DNA of 49,151 nt from Planctomycetota bacterium (GTDB taxonomy: Bacteria > Planctomycetota > GCA-002687715). The stretch spans positions 1-49,151 of the forward strand of contig NZBC01000077.1 of NCBI GenBank assembly GCA_002687715.1. The letters are read 5' to 3'. The notes below the pieces were generated by a model that was given only the letters and a program-made list of their open reading frames with translations, was not told the DNA's origin and did no database searches. Of this stretch, positions 36,561 through 46,400 are shown one piece after another; positions within the stretch are counted from its first letter, which is position 1; each line of letters starts with the position of its first letter. The translations under genes and the position numbers were made by a program.

Positions 36561-38045
36561 TCAGTCTTCGACCATCTCTTCGAGGATGTTGCCGTCCGGA
36601 CCCTTGCGCAGGCGCTCGAAGGCCGACGCCTCGATCTGCCGAATACGTTCGGCGGAGACGCTGAGCATCTTGCCGATTTCGGCGAGCGTGTGCGGACGGG
36701 CACAGTCGATCCCGAACCGCAGGCGCAGCACGAGACGGTGCCGGTCCGGGAGGATCTTGAGGCTCCCCTTTACGAGGCCGCGGATGTCCTCGCGGATGAC
36801 CGGGTTGTCGGGCGCGGGAGCCTTGCCGTCACCGACGAGGTCACCGAGACGGCTCTCGTCCTCCGGGCCATAGTCGAGGCTCAGCACGGGCCTCGACACG
36901 GACGGATTGGCGAGCATGTCGGTGAGACGATTGCGCTTGGCTTCGTCCTGGATCTTGCCCGGGTCCTCGAAGCCCTCCGGATCGTCCTTGGCCACCTTGC
37001 GGAGGCTCTGGGTGACGTTCACCGGAAGGCGAATGGTGCGGCTCTTGTCTTCGAGTGCGCGGAGGATGGCCTGACGGATCCACAGGTAGGCGTAGGTCGA
37101 GAACCGGACGCCGAACCGCGCGGAGAACGACTCCGTGGCGCGGATCAATCCGAGGTTCCCTTCCTGGATGAGTTCCGAGTATGCGAGCGGGCCGCCGTCG
37201 AACTTGCGCGCGACCGACAGGACGAGCCGCAGGTTGCGCTCGATGAGCGGACGGCGAGCCGCGACGAAGAGCGAGCGCTCCTTTCGGATGTTCGCTCCCA
37301 CTTCCTTGCCGCCGAGCTCGATGGCCGACTCGCGATATCGCTTGAGCGGACCGGGACGCAGCCCGACGAACAGCAGCGCGCCGAGCAGGCGGTTCGTGTT
37401 GTTGCGACGGCTGATCTGGAACGGGCGACGCTTCCGCTTGTTCACGTGACGCGCGAAGATCCGGTACAGACGCGAGACGTGGTCCTCACTGTCCTCGCGG
37501 CCGGGCTTGGGTTTGGGCGGGCCCGGAACGAGCGAGCGCGCGGCCATCTCCTCGCGCTTCCAACGCTCGAGGTCGAACCACACCGCCTTCAGGCCGGACT
37601 CGGTGCCGAGGAACGCGGCGATCCAGCGATTGCGCGCAAAGATGAGGTCGCCCAGGAGCAGGTGCTCCTCTTCGGGTTCGAGCAGGTCGTGGGCGCCGAC
37701 GTCCTTCAGGTAGATTCCGAGCGGATCGTCGGGGCTCGGTTCGGGCGAATCAGACTTCCGCGTCTTCTTGAGTGCGGACGACTCCCGCGGCCGGGAACCT
37801 CCCTGTGCGAGAGGCCGGTCGAGGTCTGGCGTCGAATCGTCGGCAGCGGTCACGCTGTCCTTCCCGGACTTGGTTCTCGAACTCAAAACACTGACTTCCG
37901 TCTCGACCCCACATCTTGCTCGGGGGCGCGGGCGACCCGTGCGTCTCTCAGGTTTGGAAACAACGCCCGACCTGGAACCCGGACCAGCGCTGATCCGAGG
38001 TGACGGCATACCCCCCTGAGTCTCAGGCGACAGCACAACCACCAA
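36561..38045 (-). CDS. RpoD-like sigma-70 family RNA polymerase sigma factor (regions 1.2, 2, 3, 4; no region 1.1). Paralog 1. True start uncertain: the ORF maximum is 38045, and a basic S/P/R-rich N-terminal extension of about 40-95 aa is possible.
   Basis: ELIQEGNLGLIRATESFSARFGVRFSTYAYLWIRQAILRALEDKSRTIRLPV (regions 2.2-2.4, group 1/2 signature TIRLPV). Region 4 is RLVLRLRFGIDCARPHTLAEIGKMLSVSAERIRQIEA. Confidence 0.85.
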   Translation of the reverse strand: MVVVLSPETQGGMPSPRISAGPGSRSGVVSKPERRTGRPRPRARCGVETEVSVLSSRTKSGKDSVTAADDSTPDLDRPLAQGGSRPRESSALKKTRKSDSPEPSPDDPLGIYLKDVGAHDLLEPEEEHLLLGDLIFARNRWIAAFLGTESGLKAVWFDLERWKREEMAARSLVPGPPKPKPGREDSEDHVSRLYRIFARHVNKRKRRPFQISRRNNTNRLLGALLFVGLRPGPLKRYRESAIELGGKEVGANIRKERSLFVAARRPLIERNLRLVLSVARKFDGGPLAYSELIQEGNLGLIRATESFSARFGVRFSTYAYLWIRQAILRALEDKSRTIRLPVNVTQSLRKVAKDDPEGFEDPGKIQDEAKRNRLTDMLANPSVSRPVLSLDYGPEDESRLGDLVGDGKAPAPDNPVIREDIRGLVKGSLKILPDRHRLVLRLRFGIDCARPHTLAEIGKMLSVSAERIRQIEASAFERLRKGPDGNILEEMVED

Positions 38046-38218
38046 CCCGAGGTTTCAGGGCTGAAAGCTTCCGGATGCACCGTGTCCGAGGGAACTCCCG
38101 CGTCCGGAAATCCTAACCCCTGCGTCTCGGGAGCGTCCACAGCTTTCCACCGAGGGTGGACCGACGGCTGTCCCTTGCCAAGCAAGTCATACCGTGTCAG
38201 CAATGCACCTAGGTGCCC

Positions 38219-38256
38219 GGGAAAAAGGGCGGGCCTCGCTCCGAAGAACGAGGCCC
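38219..38256 (-). terminator. Terminator-like hairpin on the minus strand (GGGCCTCG-N10-CGAGGCCC, then GCCC-TTTTT-CCC). It sits within the ~500-bp untranslated region upstream of sigma paralog 1. Candidate attenuator, or the 3' end of an unannotated small RNA.
   Basis: Seen directly. There is a 4-nt gap between stem and T-run. Confidence 0.35.
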
Positions 38257-38537
38257 GAGGAAGGGCGACCGTGCCACCCATTTGGCCCGCAGGTGACCCG
38301 GTCAGTGACACGCACCTGATGGTTGTTCTGGCACCCTGGGCGTGTGTCGGGTGCTCATGGTTGCCCATAAGCCCGAGCATCGTATCACCTGTTCCAAGGG
38401 CCGCGAGCCTTTCTGACCAAAAGGCGTGACGTTTTGGCGCGTGTTGAGGGGCCTTTTCCGCTTCGCGTCGCAGAGCCCGTTGGCGGGGCCGAGAAGCCGG
38501 GTCGAGACTGAGCTGCAAGCACAAAGGAGACCGGACG

Positions 38538-39707
38538 TTGCGCAAGGTTCTCGTGGTCCATTACGACGAGATTGCCCTGAAGGGAAAGAACCGGGGCTAC
38601 TTCGAGGACCGGCTCCTCCACGGCATCCAGAACCTGTTTCGCGACGTCGGCGGGATCGCGGTTCGCAAGCTCTACGGTCGCTTCCTCGTGAGCCTGGAGA
38701 AGGTCTCGCTCCCGGAGGCTGATGTCGTCCTGCGACTCACCCGCCTGCCGGGGCTCCGCTACCTGCTCGAGGGTCGGGAGACCGACGGTGCCTGGGAGAG
38801 CCTGCTCGCCGCGGTCGACGAAGTCCTGCCTCCGGAGGGCGCGGCCAGGACGTTTGGCGTCCGGGCGAAACGCGCGGACAAGAACTACCCGAAGCGCTCC
38901 GCCGAGATCGAGCGCGAGATGGGTGGCCACGTGCTCGCCCAGCGCGCCTGGACGGTCGACCTCGGCGACCCGGACGTCTGGATCCGCATCGAACTCGTCA
39001 ACGGTCGCGGCCTCGTCTGCACGCATCGCCACGAAGGTCCGGGAGGGCTTCCGACGGGCGTGTCCGGTCGCGGCCTCGCGCTTCTCTCCGGTGGGATCGA
39101 CTCCCCGGTCGCCGCATTCATGATGATGACGCGTGGGCTCACGGTGTCGTGCATTCACTTCCACTCCGCGCCGTACACCAACGAGCGCAGCCAGGACAAG
39201 GTCCGCGATCTGGCCCGGCTGCTCGTCCGCTTCCAGCCCACGCTCGACCTGACGATGGTTCCTTTCGCGGAGCCGATTCAGCAGAGCATCGTGCGCGACG
39301 CCCCGCAGGCGCTCCGCGTGATTCTCTACCGCCGGTTCATGGTGCGACTCGCGAACCGGGCCGCCGTCGAGGCCCGGGCCGCATGCATCATCTCCGGGGA
39401 GTCCCTGGGCCAGGTTGCGAGCCAGACCATCGAGAACCTGACCAGCGTCCAGGCCGTGTCCGGTCTGCCGATCCTGCGCCCGCTCATCGGCCGCTCCAAG
39501 TCCGAGATCATCGGCGTCGCCCGCCGCATCGAGACCTACGAGACGTCGATCCTCCCTCACGACGATTGCTGCTCGTACCTCATGCCGCGAAGCCCAGCCA
39601 CCCGGTCGACGCCGGCCGAACTCGAGGTCGCCGAGCGGGTGCTCGACGTGGATGCGCTGGTCGATGCTGCCTGGGAGAAGCGCGACCGCGAGACGCTGCG
39701 GCTCTGA
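38538..39707 (+). CDS. thiI: tRNA 4-thiouridine(8) synthase ThiI (THUMP plus PP-loop ATP pyrophosphatase). TTG start preceded by AAAGGAGACC.
   Basis: 389 aa. ALKGKNRGYFE (N-terminal ferredoxin-like/THUMP region) and PP-loop SGGIDSPVAAFMMM. Confidence 0.9.
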   Translation: MRKVLVVHYDEIALKGKNRGYFEDRLLHGIQNLFRDVGGIAVRKLYGRFLVSLEKVSLPEADVVLRLTRLPGLRYLLEGRETDGAWESLLAAVDEVLPPEGAARTFGVRAKRADKNYPKRSAEIEREMGGHVLAQRAWTVDLGDPDVWIRIELVNGRGLVCTHRHEGPGGLPTGVSGRGLALLSGGIDSPVAAFMMMTRGLTVSCIHFHSAPYTNERSQDKVRDLARLLVRFQPTLDLTMVPFAEPIQQSIVRDAPQALRVILYRRFMVRLANRAAVEARAACIISGESLGQVASQTIENLTSVQAVSGLPILRPLIGRSKSEIIGVARRIETYETSILPHDDCCSYLMPRSPATRSTPAELEVAERVLDVDALVDAAWEKRDRETLRL

Positions 39708-39709
39708 GT

Positions 39710-39825
39710 CGGGAGCGCGGACCTCCAGGTCCGCTCTGACGGCGCAGCCGGATCCGACCCCGGAGCGGACCTGGAGGTCCGCGCTCCCGGCGACCCAGAG
39801 CGGACCTGGAGGTCCGCGCTCCCGC
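39710..39825. repeat. REP-like element cluster, copy d: three hairpin units in alternating orientation (fwd GGGAGCGCGGACCTCCAGGTCCGCTCTG, spacer ACGGCGCAGCCGGATCCGACCCC, rev, rev). Fills the gap between convergent thiI and addA.
   Basis: Seen directly. Confidence 0.7.
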
Positions 39826-39842
39826 GGAGCGGGCGGGCGTCG

Positions 39843-42800
39843 TCAAACCACTACGACGCGGTCGTGGTGCAGGAACCACAGCTCGAAGCGCGGCGGGGCG
39901 CCCAGGTTCAGGGCGCGGCGCACCGCTTCGACGTAGGCGTGTCCCTGACCGTGGTAGGCGCGGGCGTGATCGGTGAGCTCCGGTTCGGCCACGACGTCGG
40001 TCTTGTAGTCCGCGACGACGATGTCACCGGTTGCCGGGTCGCGGTAGAGGAGATCGATCTGCCCGACGATGGCGCCGAGGGCCCCGTCGTGACGGGTGTC
40101 CGGCTCGAGCAGGAGCGGAACTTCCCGGCCGAGCAGGTCATCTCCGAGCGCGCGGAGACGTTCGATGAGCTGGGACGACGCCAGGGACTCGATGAACGCG
40201 CGCGCTTCGCGGGCGGCGCGGGGGACGTCGGCGGGCGGGAGAAGCTCGGCGAGGTCGGTGTCGACTCGACTGAGCGCCTGGGCAGCTGCCCAGACCGGGT
40301 CGGAAGCGAGGTCGAGGCGTTCGAGGAATCGATGGACTGCCGTGCCGATCTGGCGCGCGAATGTCGCCGTACGTTGGGGTCGGTCAAGGTCGCCGGCTTC
40401 GGGCGACGTCGTGGGATCGGGGTCGCCGGGGTCGACGTCGTGGAGGTCGCGGGTCGTTGCGACTTGCGCCTCGTGAGAGAGCGAGGATGCGGCCGCGACA
40501 AGCGGCCGGTCACGCCGCGCCGCTGCCTCGGTGCGTGCGGCATGCAGTCTGTCGGATCGAACCGCCACGGCGTCCGCATCGAGGGCGGCCGCGGATCCGG
40601 TCCGATGATCGACCATGAGAGATTCCACGGGATCGAGGAGGCGCCATCGCGCGCCGGTGGCGTCGAACGCCTCAGCCGGCGCGGAGGCGAGGTCGTCTGC
40701 CCACGTCACCAGGTGTTCGGCTGGTCCGTCACCGCGGCACGCGATGAGTTCGATGAGCTCGCGGGCGTCGGCGGGGTGCCTCTCCTTGTGGGGATCGGGC
40801 CACTTGCCGATCAGGACGAGCCGCTGCTTCGCGCGGGTCATCGCGACGTAGAGCAGGCGGACATTCTCCGCGTGGCGAACCTCGCGTTCGCGGGATCGAA
40901 CGTGGTGCCAGCCCGGCGACGTCAGGCCCATGAGGTTGACCTCGAACCGTCCCGACGGCAGCTGCAGCACGCGCGATCGATCGTCGAGATCGACGGCCTG
41001 ACCGTGATGGAGATCGGGGAGGTAGACGTGCGCGAAGTCGAGCCCCTTCGCCATGTGGATGGTCATGACCCGGACGGCGTCGATCTCGTCCTCGCCGATG
41101 GATGCGTCCTTCTCGGGATGGATGTCCTCCGTGGCGAGGCGCAACTCGCGCAGGACCGCGTCGGGTCCCCCCTCCCCGCTGACGAGCGCGTCGAGCACCT
41201 TGTCGAACAGGCGCTCGAGATTGGCGGCACGGTGTTCGCCGAGGTAACGCACGGCCTCAGTCGCCTCGATCGGGATCAGGCGCCGGACCTGCTCGACCCA
41301 AGCATCGGCGGGGAGCTCCGTGAAGGACTGCCGAAGATGAGCGAGAGCCTCGACCGCGTCGTGCAACGAGTGATGCCAGCCGCGGACGTCCTCGATGCCG
41401 GGAACGTCGCGTGGGACCTCCGTCGCGGCGTCGTCAATCAGCGCATGAAGCGCCTCCAGGGCTGGACGATCGGGTGCGCCGAGCTTCGTGATGGCGCTCG
41501 GGAAGTGGCGCTCCCACAACGGGATCAGCGCGGCGTCGGGCACTCCAATGGTCGGTGACCGCAGGAACGCGAGGAGCGCGATGTGATCGGTCGGATCGAG
41601 GATGCAGCGGATGGTGTTGGTGGCATCGATGACTTCACGCCGACGATAGAAGTTCCGGTCGCCCTCGACGAGGAACGGGATGCTCGCGTTGCGCAAGGCC
41701 ATGAGATAGGTGTCGAGCGCAGTCTTGGTCCGGATGAGGACGGCGACGTCGCGCCAGCGCAGATCCGGATCGGCGTTCTTGAGCTCGCGGATGTCCCGTG
41801 CGATCGCGTGGGCTTCGAGGCCCCGCGCGGCGGCGGAGGTCGTGCCGGGACCAGCGTTGCCCCGTCCGTCGTCGTCCTCTCGGCGCCAGGACACCCAGAC
41901 CTCGATGGGACGGCGCCCGACGCGGTCGAAACCGGGGGCGTCAGCCAGCGCCGCGCCGGCTTCGAGGCGTTGGAACGGCGGCTGGACACCGTCTTCGGGT
42001 TCCATCACCTGACCGATGATGTTGGCGACTTCGTCGAGCACTGCGGGGACGGAGCGAAAATTCACCCACAAGGTCCGCGGTTCGATATCGAATCGCTCGC
42101 GAAGTCGGGTCTTGAACGCGTCGTACGCCCGCAGGTCGGCCTGACGCCAGCCGTAGATCGACTGCTTGGGATCGCCCACGAGGAACAGACCGGGTCGCTC
42201 GCCGTCGCCGTCGAGCGCCAGGCGTTGGACCAGGCGGTACTGGCGCGCGTCCGTGTCCTGGAACTCATCGACGAGGATCTGATCGAGACCGGCGCGGAGT
42301 CGGTCGCGGATGGCGTCTTGGGCGAGGAGCTGGTCGGCGACGACGAGCAGGTCGCCGAAGCTCACGATGCCGCGCGCCGTGAGCCGCTCACGAACCTCTT
42401 CGAGAAGATGGGACAGTAGCGGCGCGGCGCGGCGCAGTGCAGCGGGGTTGGCCTTCGCCCATTGGCCGGCGAGCGGCACGAGGTCGCGTGCGGCGTCGCG
42501 AGCGGGGTCCGTGTCCTGCAGGACGGCGATCTCGGTCTTGCCGAACTTGCCGTGGCGCCAGGCCTTGAGGCGCTTGATGCTCGCCGCGGCGCTGTCGGTC
42601 GCGAACGCCGCCTGCAGCTCGTCGAACGTCGTCGCTGCGGATACCGCGCGCTCGGCCTCTTGAACCCAGGCAGCGCATTCCAGGGCGATCCCCAGCTGCT
42701 TGCGGCCGGACGCGAGGAGCACGCCCACGGGCACCAGCAACCGGCCGAGCGGCTCCAACAGCTCGGCCCGGGCGTCGTCGAGGCGTTCGGACGAGAGGAA

Positions 42801-43478
42801 GTCCTCGGCGAGCGTGGCGGCGTCGACGCTCTCCTCCGCGAGCTGACTGAGGGCCTTCCAGATGCACTCGGGATCGAGCTTCTCTGCAGCGAGCGCGACC
42901 GCGTCCGGATTGCCATCGGCCGCGAAGTCGTGCGCGACCCATTCTGCGACGACCTCGTCGACGACGGCGCGGCGCCGGAAGCCCTCCGCATCGACCTCGA
43001 AATCGGGGTGCAACCGCGCTTCGACCGGAAAGGCCGAGAGCACGCGACGACACCACGCGTGGATCGTGGTCACCTCGATGCGATCGGTGTGGACGCCGAG
43101 CGCGGCCGCGCGCGTCTGGCACGTGGCCAGCGGTATGCCGCAGTCCGCTGCGAGGGTTGCGAGGGGCAGCCCCGGCAGTTCGTCGCGCGCGCCCCGCACC
43201 AGCTCCAGGGCGGAGGTGAGCCGTGACGCCATCTCGCCCGCCGCTTTCTCCGTGAACGTCAGCGCGAGTACGCGTTCGAGAGCCTGTGCCGCGACCACCT
43301 CGTCGTCTCCGATCTGTGCGTGACGTTCCCAGCCGGGTCCGATCAGCCAGGTGACGAGGCGTCCGACGAGCACGGCCGTCTTTCCCGTGCCGGCACCGGC
43401 TTCGAGGACGACGGGCGCACCGAATGTGGTCCGGGCATGCTCGCGATGGTCGTGGTCGGAGGGCGGCGGGTGGGTCAT
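39843..43478 (-). CDS. addA: ATP-dependent helicase/nuclease subunit A (UvrD/Rep-family SF1 helicase with C-terminal RecB-type PD-(D/E)XK nuclease).
   Basis: 1211 aa. N-terminal Walker A EAGAGTGKT and LALTFTEKAAGEM. C-terminal nuclease motifs GQIDLLY ... IVVADYKTDVV. ATGA overlap with upstream addB. Confidence 0.85.
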   Translation of the reverse strand: MTHPPPSDHDHREHARTTFGAPVVLEAGAGTGKTAVLVGRLVTWLIGPGWERHAQIGDDEVVAAQALERVLALTFTEKAAGEMASRLTSALELVRGARDELPGLPLATLAADCGIPLATCQTRAAALGVHTDRIEVTTIHAWCRRVLSAFPVEARLHPDFEVDAEGFRRRAVVDEVVAEWVAHDFAADGNPDAVALAAEKLDPECIWKALSQLAEESVDAATLAEDFLSSERLDDARAELLEPLGRLLVPVGVLLASGRKQLGIALECAAWVQEAERAVSAATTFDELQAAFATDSAAASIKRLKAWRHGKFGKTEIAVLQDTDPARDAARDLVPLAGQWAKANPAALRRAAPLLSHLLEEVRERLTARGIVSFGDLLVVADQLLAQDAIRDRLRAGLDQILVDEFQDTDARQYRLVQRLALDGDGERPGLFLVGDPKQSIYGWRQADLRAYDAFKTRLRERFDIEPRTLWVNFRSVPAVLDEVANIIGQVMEPEDGVQPPFQRLEAGAALADAPGFDRVGRRPIEVWVSWRREDDDGRGNAGPGTTSAAARGLEAHAIARDIRELKNADPDLRWRDVAVLIRTKTALDTYLMALRNASIPFLVEGDRNFYRRREVIDATNTIRCILDPTDHIALLAFLRSPTIGVPDAALIPLWERHFPSAITKLGAPDRPALEALHALIDDAATEVPRDVPGIEDVRGWHHSLHDAVEALAHLRQSFTELPADAWVEQVRRLIPIEATEAVRYLGEHRAANLERLFDKVLDALVSGEGGPDAVLRELRLATEDIHPEKDASIGEDEIDAVRVMTIHMAKGLDFAHVYLPDLHHGQAVDLDDRSRVLQLPSGRFEVNLMGLTSPGWHHVRSREREVRHAENVRLLYVAMTRAKQRLVLIGKWPDPHKERHPADARELIELIACRGDGPAEHLVTWADDLASAPAEAFDATGARWRLLDPVESLMVDHRTGSAAALDADAVAVRSDRLHAARTEAAARRDRPLVAAASSLSHEAQVATTRDLHDVDPGDPDPTTSPEAGDLDRPQRTATFARQIGTAVHRFLERLDLASDPVWAAAQALSRVDTDLAELLPPADVPRAAREARAFIESLASSQLIERLRALGDDLLGREVPLLLEPDTRHDGALGAIVGQIDLLYRDPATGDIVVADYKTDVVAEPELTDHARAYHGQGHAYVEAVRRALNLGAPPRFELWFLHHDRVVVV

Positions 43479-46400
43479 CCCTGCGGACCCTCCCCGAGGT
43501 AGAAGGCTCGGGCCAGCATCAAGGAGTAGGCGTCGACGTCGTCGTCGCGTCGCAGACGCTCCCGCGCGCGCTCCGCGATACGCAGCAGTCGGGCCTTCGC
43601 GCCGGAGTCCTGTTGCAGGCAGGCGTCCTTCACCTCACACCACCTGCACGCGACGCCATCGTCACCGTTGGGCATCGCGAGGCGAGGGAACATGACTCCT
43701 CGATCGAGGGTGGTCAGGATGGTGCGTACGACGGCGGGGAAGTCCTCGGTGACGGCCTCATCGGTTGATGAGAGGGTGATGGAGCGCGTGTCGTCCGCCG
43801 CGTCGGGTCTCAGGAAGAGGTAGCGGCCTCGGGCCCCGTCGTCGCAGCGCGCGTAGGCCGCGGCCTGGAGCTTCGTCCCCGCGATGAGGTCCTTGCGCAC
43901 GTTGTTGCTACGGGTGTCCGGCTTCTTTCCGGTCGGCGGTCTTCCCGTCTTGTAGTCGGTGAGGATGAGCCCATCGGCGTCGGCGTCGACGCGATCGGCC
44001 TTGAACGCGATCTCCACGTCGCGCTCGTCCAGACTCAGGATGATGGCGCCCGAGAGCTCGGTTCCGGCGACGAGGAGCCGGGTGTCGTCTGGCCAGTCCG
44101 CGGCGAGCGCGGCGGTGACGAACGGACGGCAGCGCCGGACGAGCACGTCGATGAGACCCGGAAGGTGCAGTCCGCTGTCGCGCCCGGTGTCTTCCGCCAC
44201 TCGACGCAGCACGGTATCGACGTCGGTTCCTGACGGCCGCGAGACGTTGATCGGATCTCGCTGGGTGGCGTCCTCGAGCGTTGTCGGCCACGAGTCGGAC
44301 GCGGCCCGAACGAGCTCCTCCAGCGTGCGGTGCACGGTGTTGCCGATGAGCAGCAGGTCGAACGCTGGTGGACCCGCGAGCGGATCCGGCATGGGCTCCA
44401 GCCGCAGGAACCGCCGCAGGAGGCCCTGCCAGGGGCATCGCGCGATCGCCTCCAGCGTCGTCACGTAGAGGCGGGAACGGCGGGGGTCCCTGGTCGAGGC
44501 ATCGTGTCGGCCAATCGCTCCGAACCACGGTCCGGACTTGGAGAGCCGCGCGCGCCCGGCGTCCGTGCCCCGGTCGGGGTCGAACTCCGACAGGACGCGA
44601 AACCGGATGTCCGCGAGATCCGTGACGGAAGGGACCGAGCCGGATGCAGGGAGGAAGCGACGCCGCGTCTCCTGGAGCGCCGTGGCGAGCAACGCTCGCC
44701 ACGACCGCCGGTCACCGCGATGGGCCGCGAGTTCGAGTGCCGCGACCGCAGTGCCCCGATGCTCGGCGTCCGGATCGGGCAGGGTGCGCGGGATGTCCCG
44801 CCGCGATTCCCCGGGAGCGCGGACCTCCAGGTCCGCTCTGGGTCCGGAGGCGGAGTCGGCGTCAGAGCATGCAGCGCGATCGGGATCGTGGAGATGAAGG
44901 CGCTGGATGAACGGAGACGGCGCGAGCTCGCGGCCCTCCGCGTCGCTGCGTTGCCAGGACAGGGTGAGGGCGTCGGCGGCTCCGCACAGCTGCGCGAAGA
45001 GGTACCGCTCCTCGTCGTGACGCGCGTTCGCGAGCGCGAGATCCGGCAGGACGCCGCGCAAGGCCTGGCGGACTCCGTCCCCGAGCAACGGGTCTTCGCG
45101 GACCGGTCGCGGAAACACGTTGCGGTTCAGACCGATGACGAACAGGTGGTCGAATGTGAGGGCGCGGGCGTGGGCGACGTCGAGGACCTGGACGCCGCCC
45201 CCCGATCCGCCCAGTCCGGCGAACTTCTGGCGAAGCGCACCGCCGAGAAGCACCAGGAGCTCCACCCGGTCCACCTCGAGGTCGGCGCGGTCGAGGTCGC
45301 CGAGCTGTCGGAGCGCTTCCTGCCACCGGGACACCAGCAGGCGTGCGGGCGCCGACCGTAGGGTCTTGCCGCGCTGTCCAAGGCGCAGCAGCGAATCGAG
45401 GCCGCGTGCGTGGGTGACGTGATCGCGAAGTCGGGCCCGGTCTGGCCACGCGTCCAGGTGATCGCGGAGCATTCGGGCATCGTTGATCTCGGCTTCGAGT
45501 CGTTGCCGGGCGAGGGTGCACCGCTGCGCGCGCACCTCGAGGGTGTTGGCGTCAGGACCGGCGCTGCTGCGATCCTCGTGGTCGTCCTCATCATCCGGAA
45601 CCGAGGGACCGCCGCCTTCCACGAACCCACGTCGGATCGGGAGCGCCAGGCTGTCGCGGCCGGCCTCGATCCACTCGTCGGCGTCGGTGGTCGCGGCCTC
45701 GTCGAGTCGCGTCACGCCGATGGTGCGAAAGGCGAGACGGATTTCGTTCTCCCGGCGGTGACCTCGCCGGGCCTCCAGCCATCGATCGACCAGGGTGGCG
45801 CCGCGCTGCTCGAGCAACTCGAGCAGCGCATCGACCCGCCGTTCAGCAGGATGAAACCGCTCAGGGAGGGCGCCGCCGCTGAACGGGATGGCCAGCTCGT
45901 CGAAGTGGCGCCGCAGCGGGGCGGCGTAGCCGTCGAGATGCCGGCCGACGATCGCGATGGACTCGGGTCGTGCTCCGGCGTCGAGCAGGGATCGCACTCG
46001 GTGCGCGACTTCGCGGATCTCGTTTGCCGACCCCGACGCGGTGAAGCAGGCGATCTCCGGTCGTTCGGACGCTGGGTTGCGGACCGTCTCGACCTCGGAC
46101 GGCAGCAGGCGCGCGAGGAAGGCATCGACGAAGCGGACCCCGCGATCTTCGACATCGAGCTCGGCCGGGTCGGCGGGGCGATCGACGTAGAGGTGTACGT
46201 CCGCATGGTCGAACAGGGCACGGAGGAAGCGACTGGCGGTCCCGGGTGCGTCGGCGAATCCGTGTACGAGATAGACCCGGGCCGAGAGCGCGACCTCTCC
46301 GTGCTCGACGGCTTCGGCTGCCAGTGCGAGCACGTCGGCGCGCCGACCGTACCCGAGGTGCAGCAGGTCGCGGCGCGTGGTGGCGGCGGCGCGGACCAGA

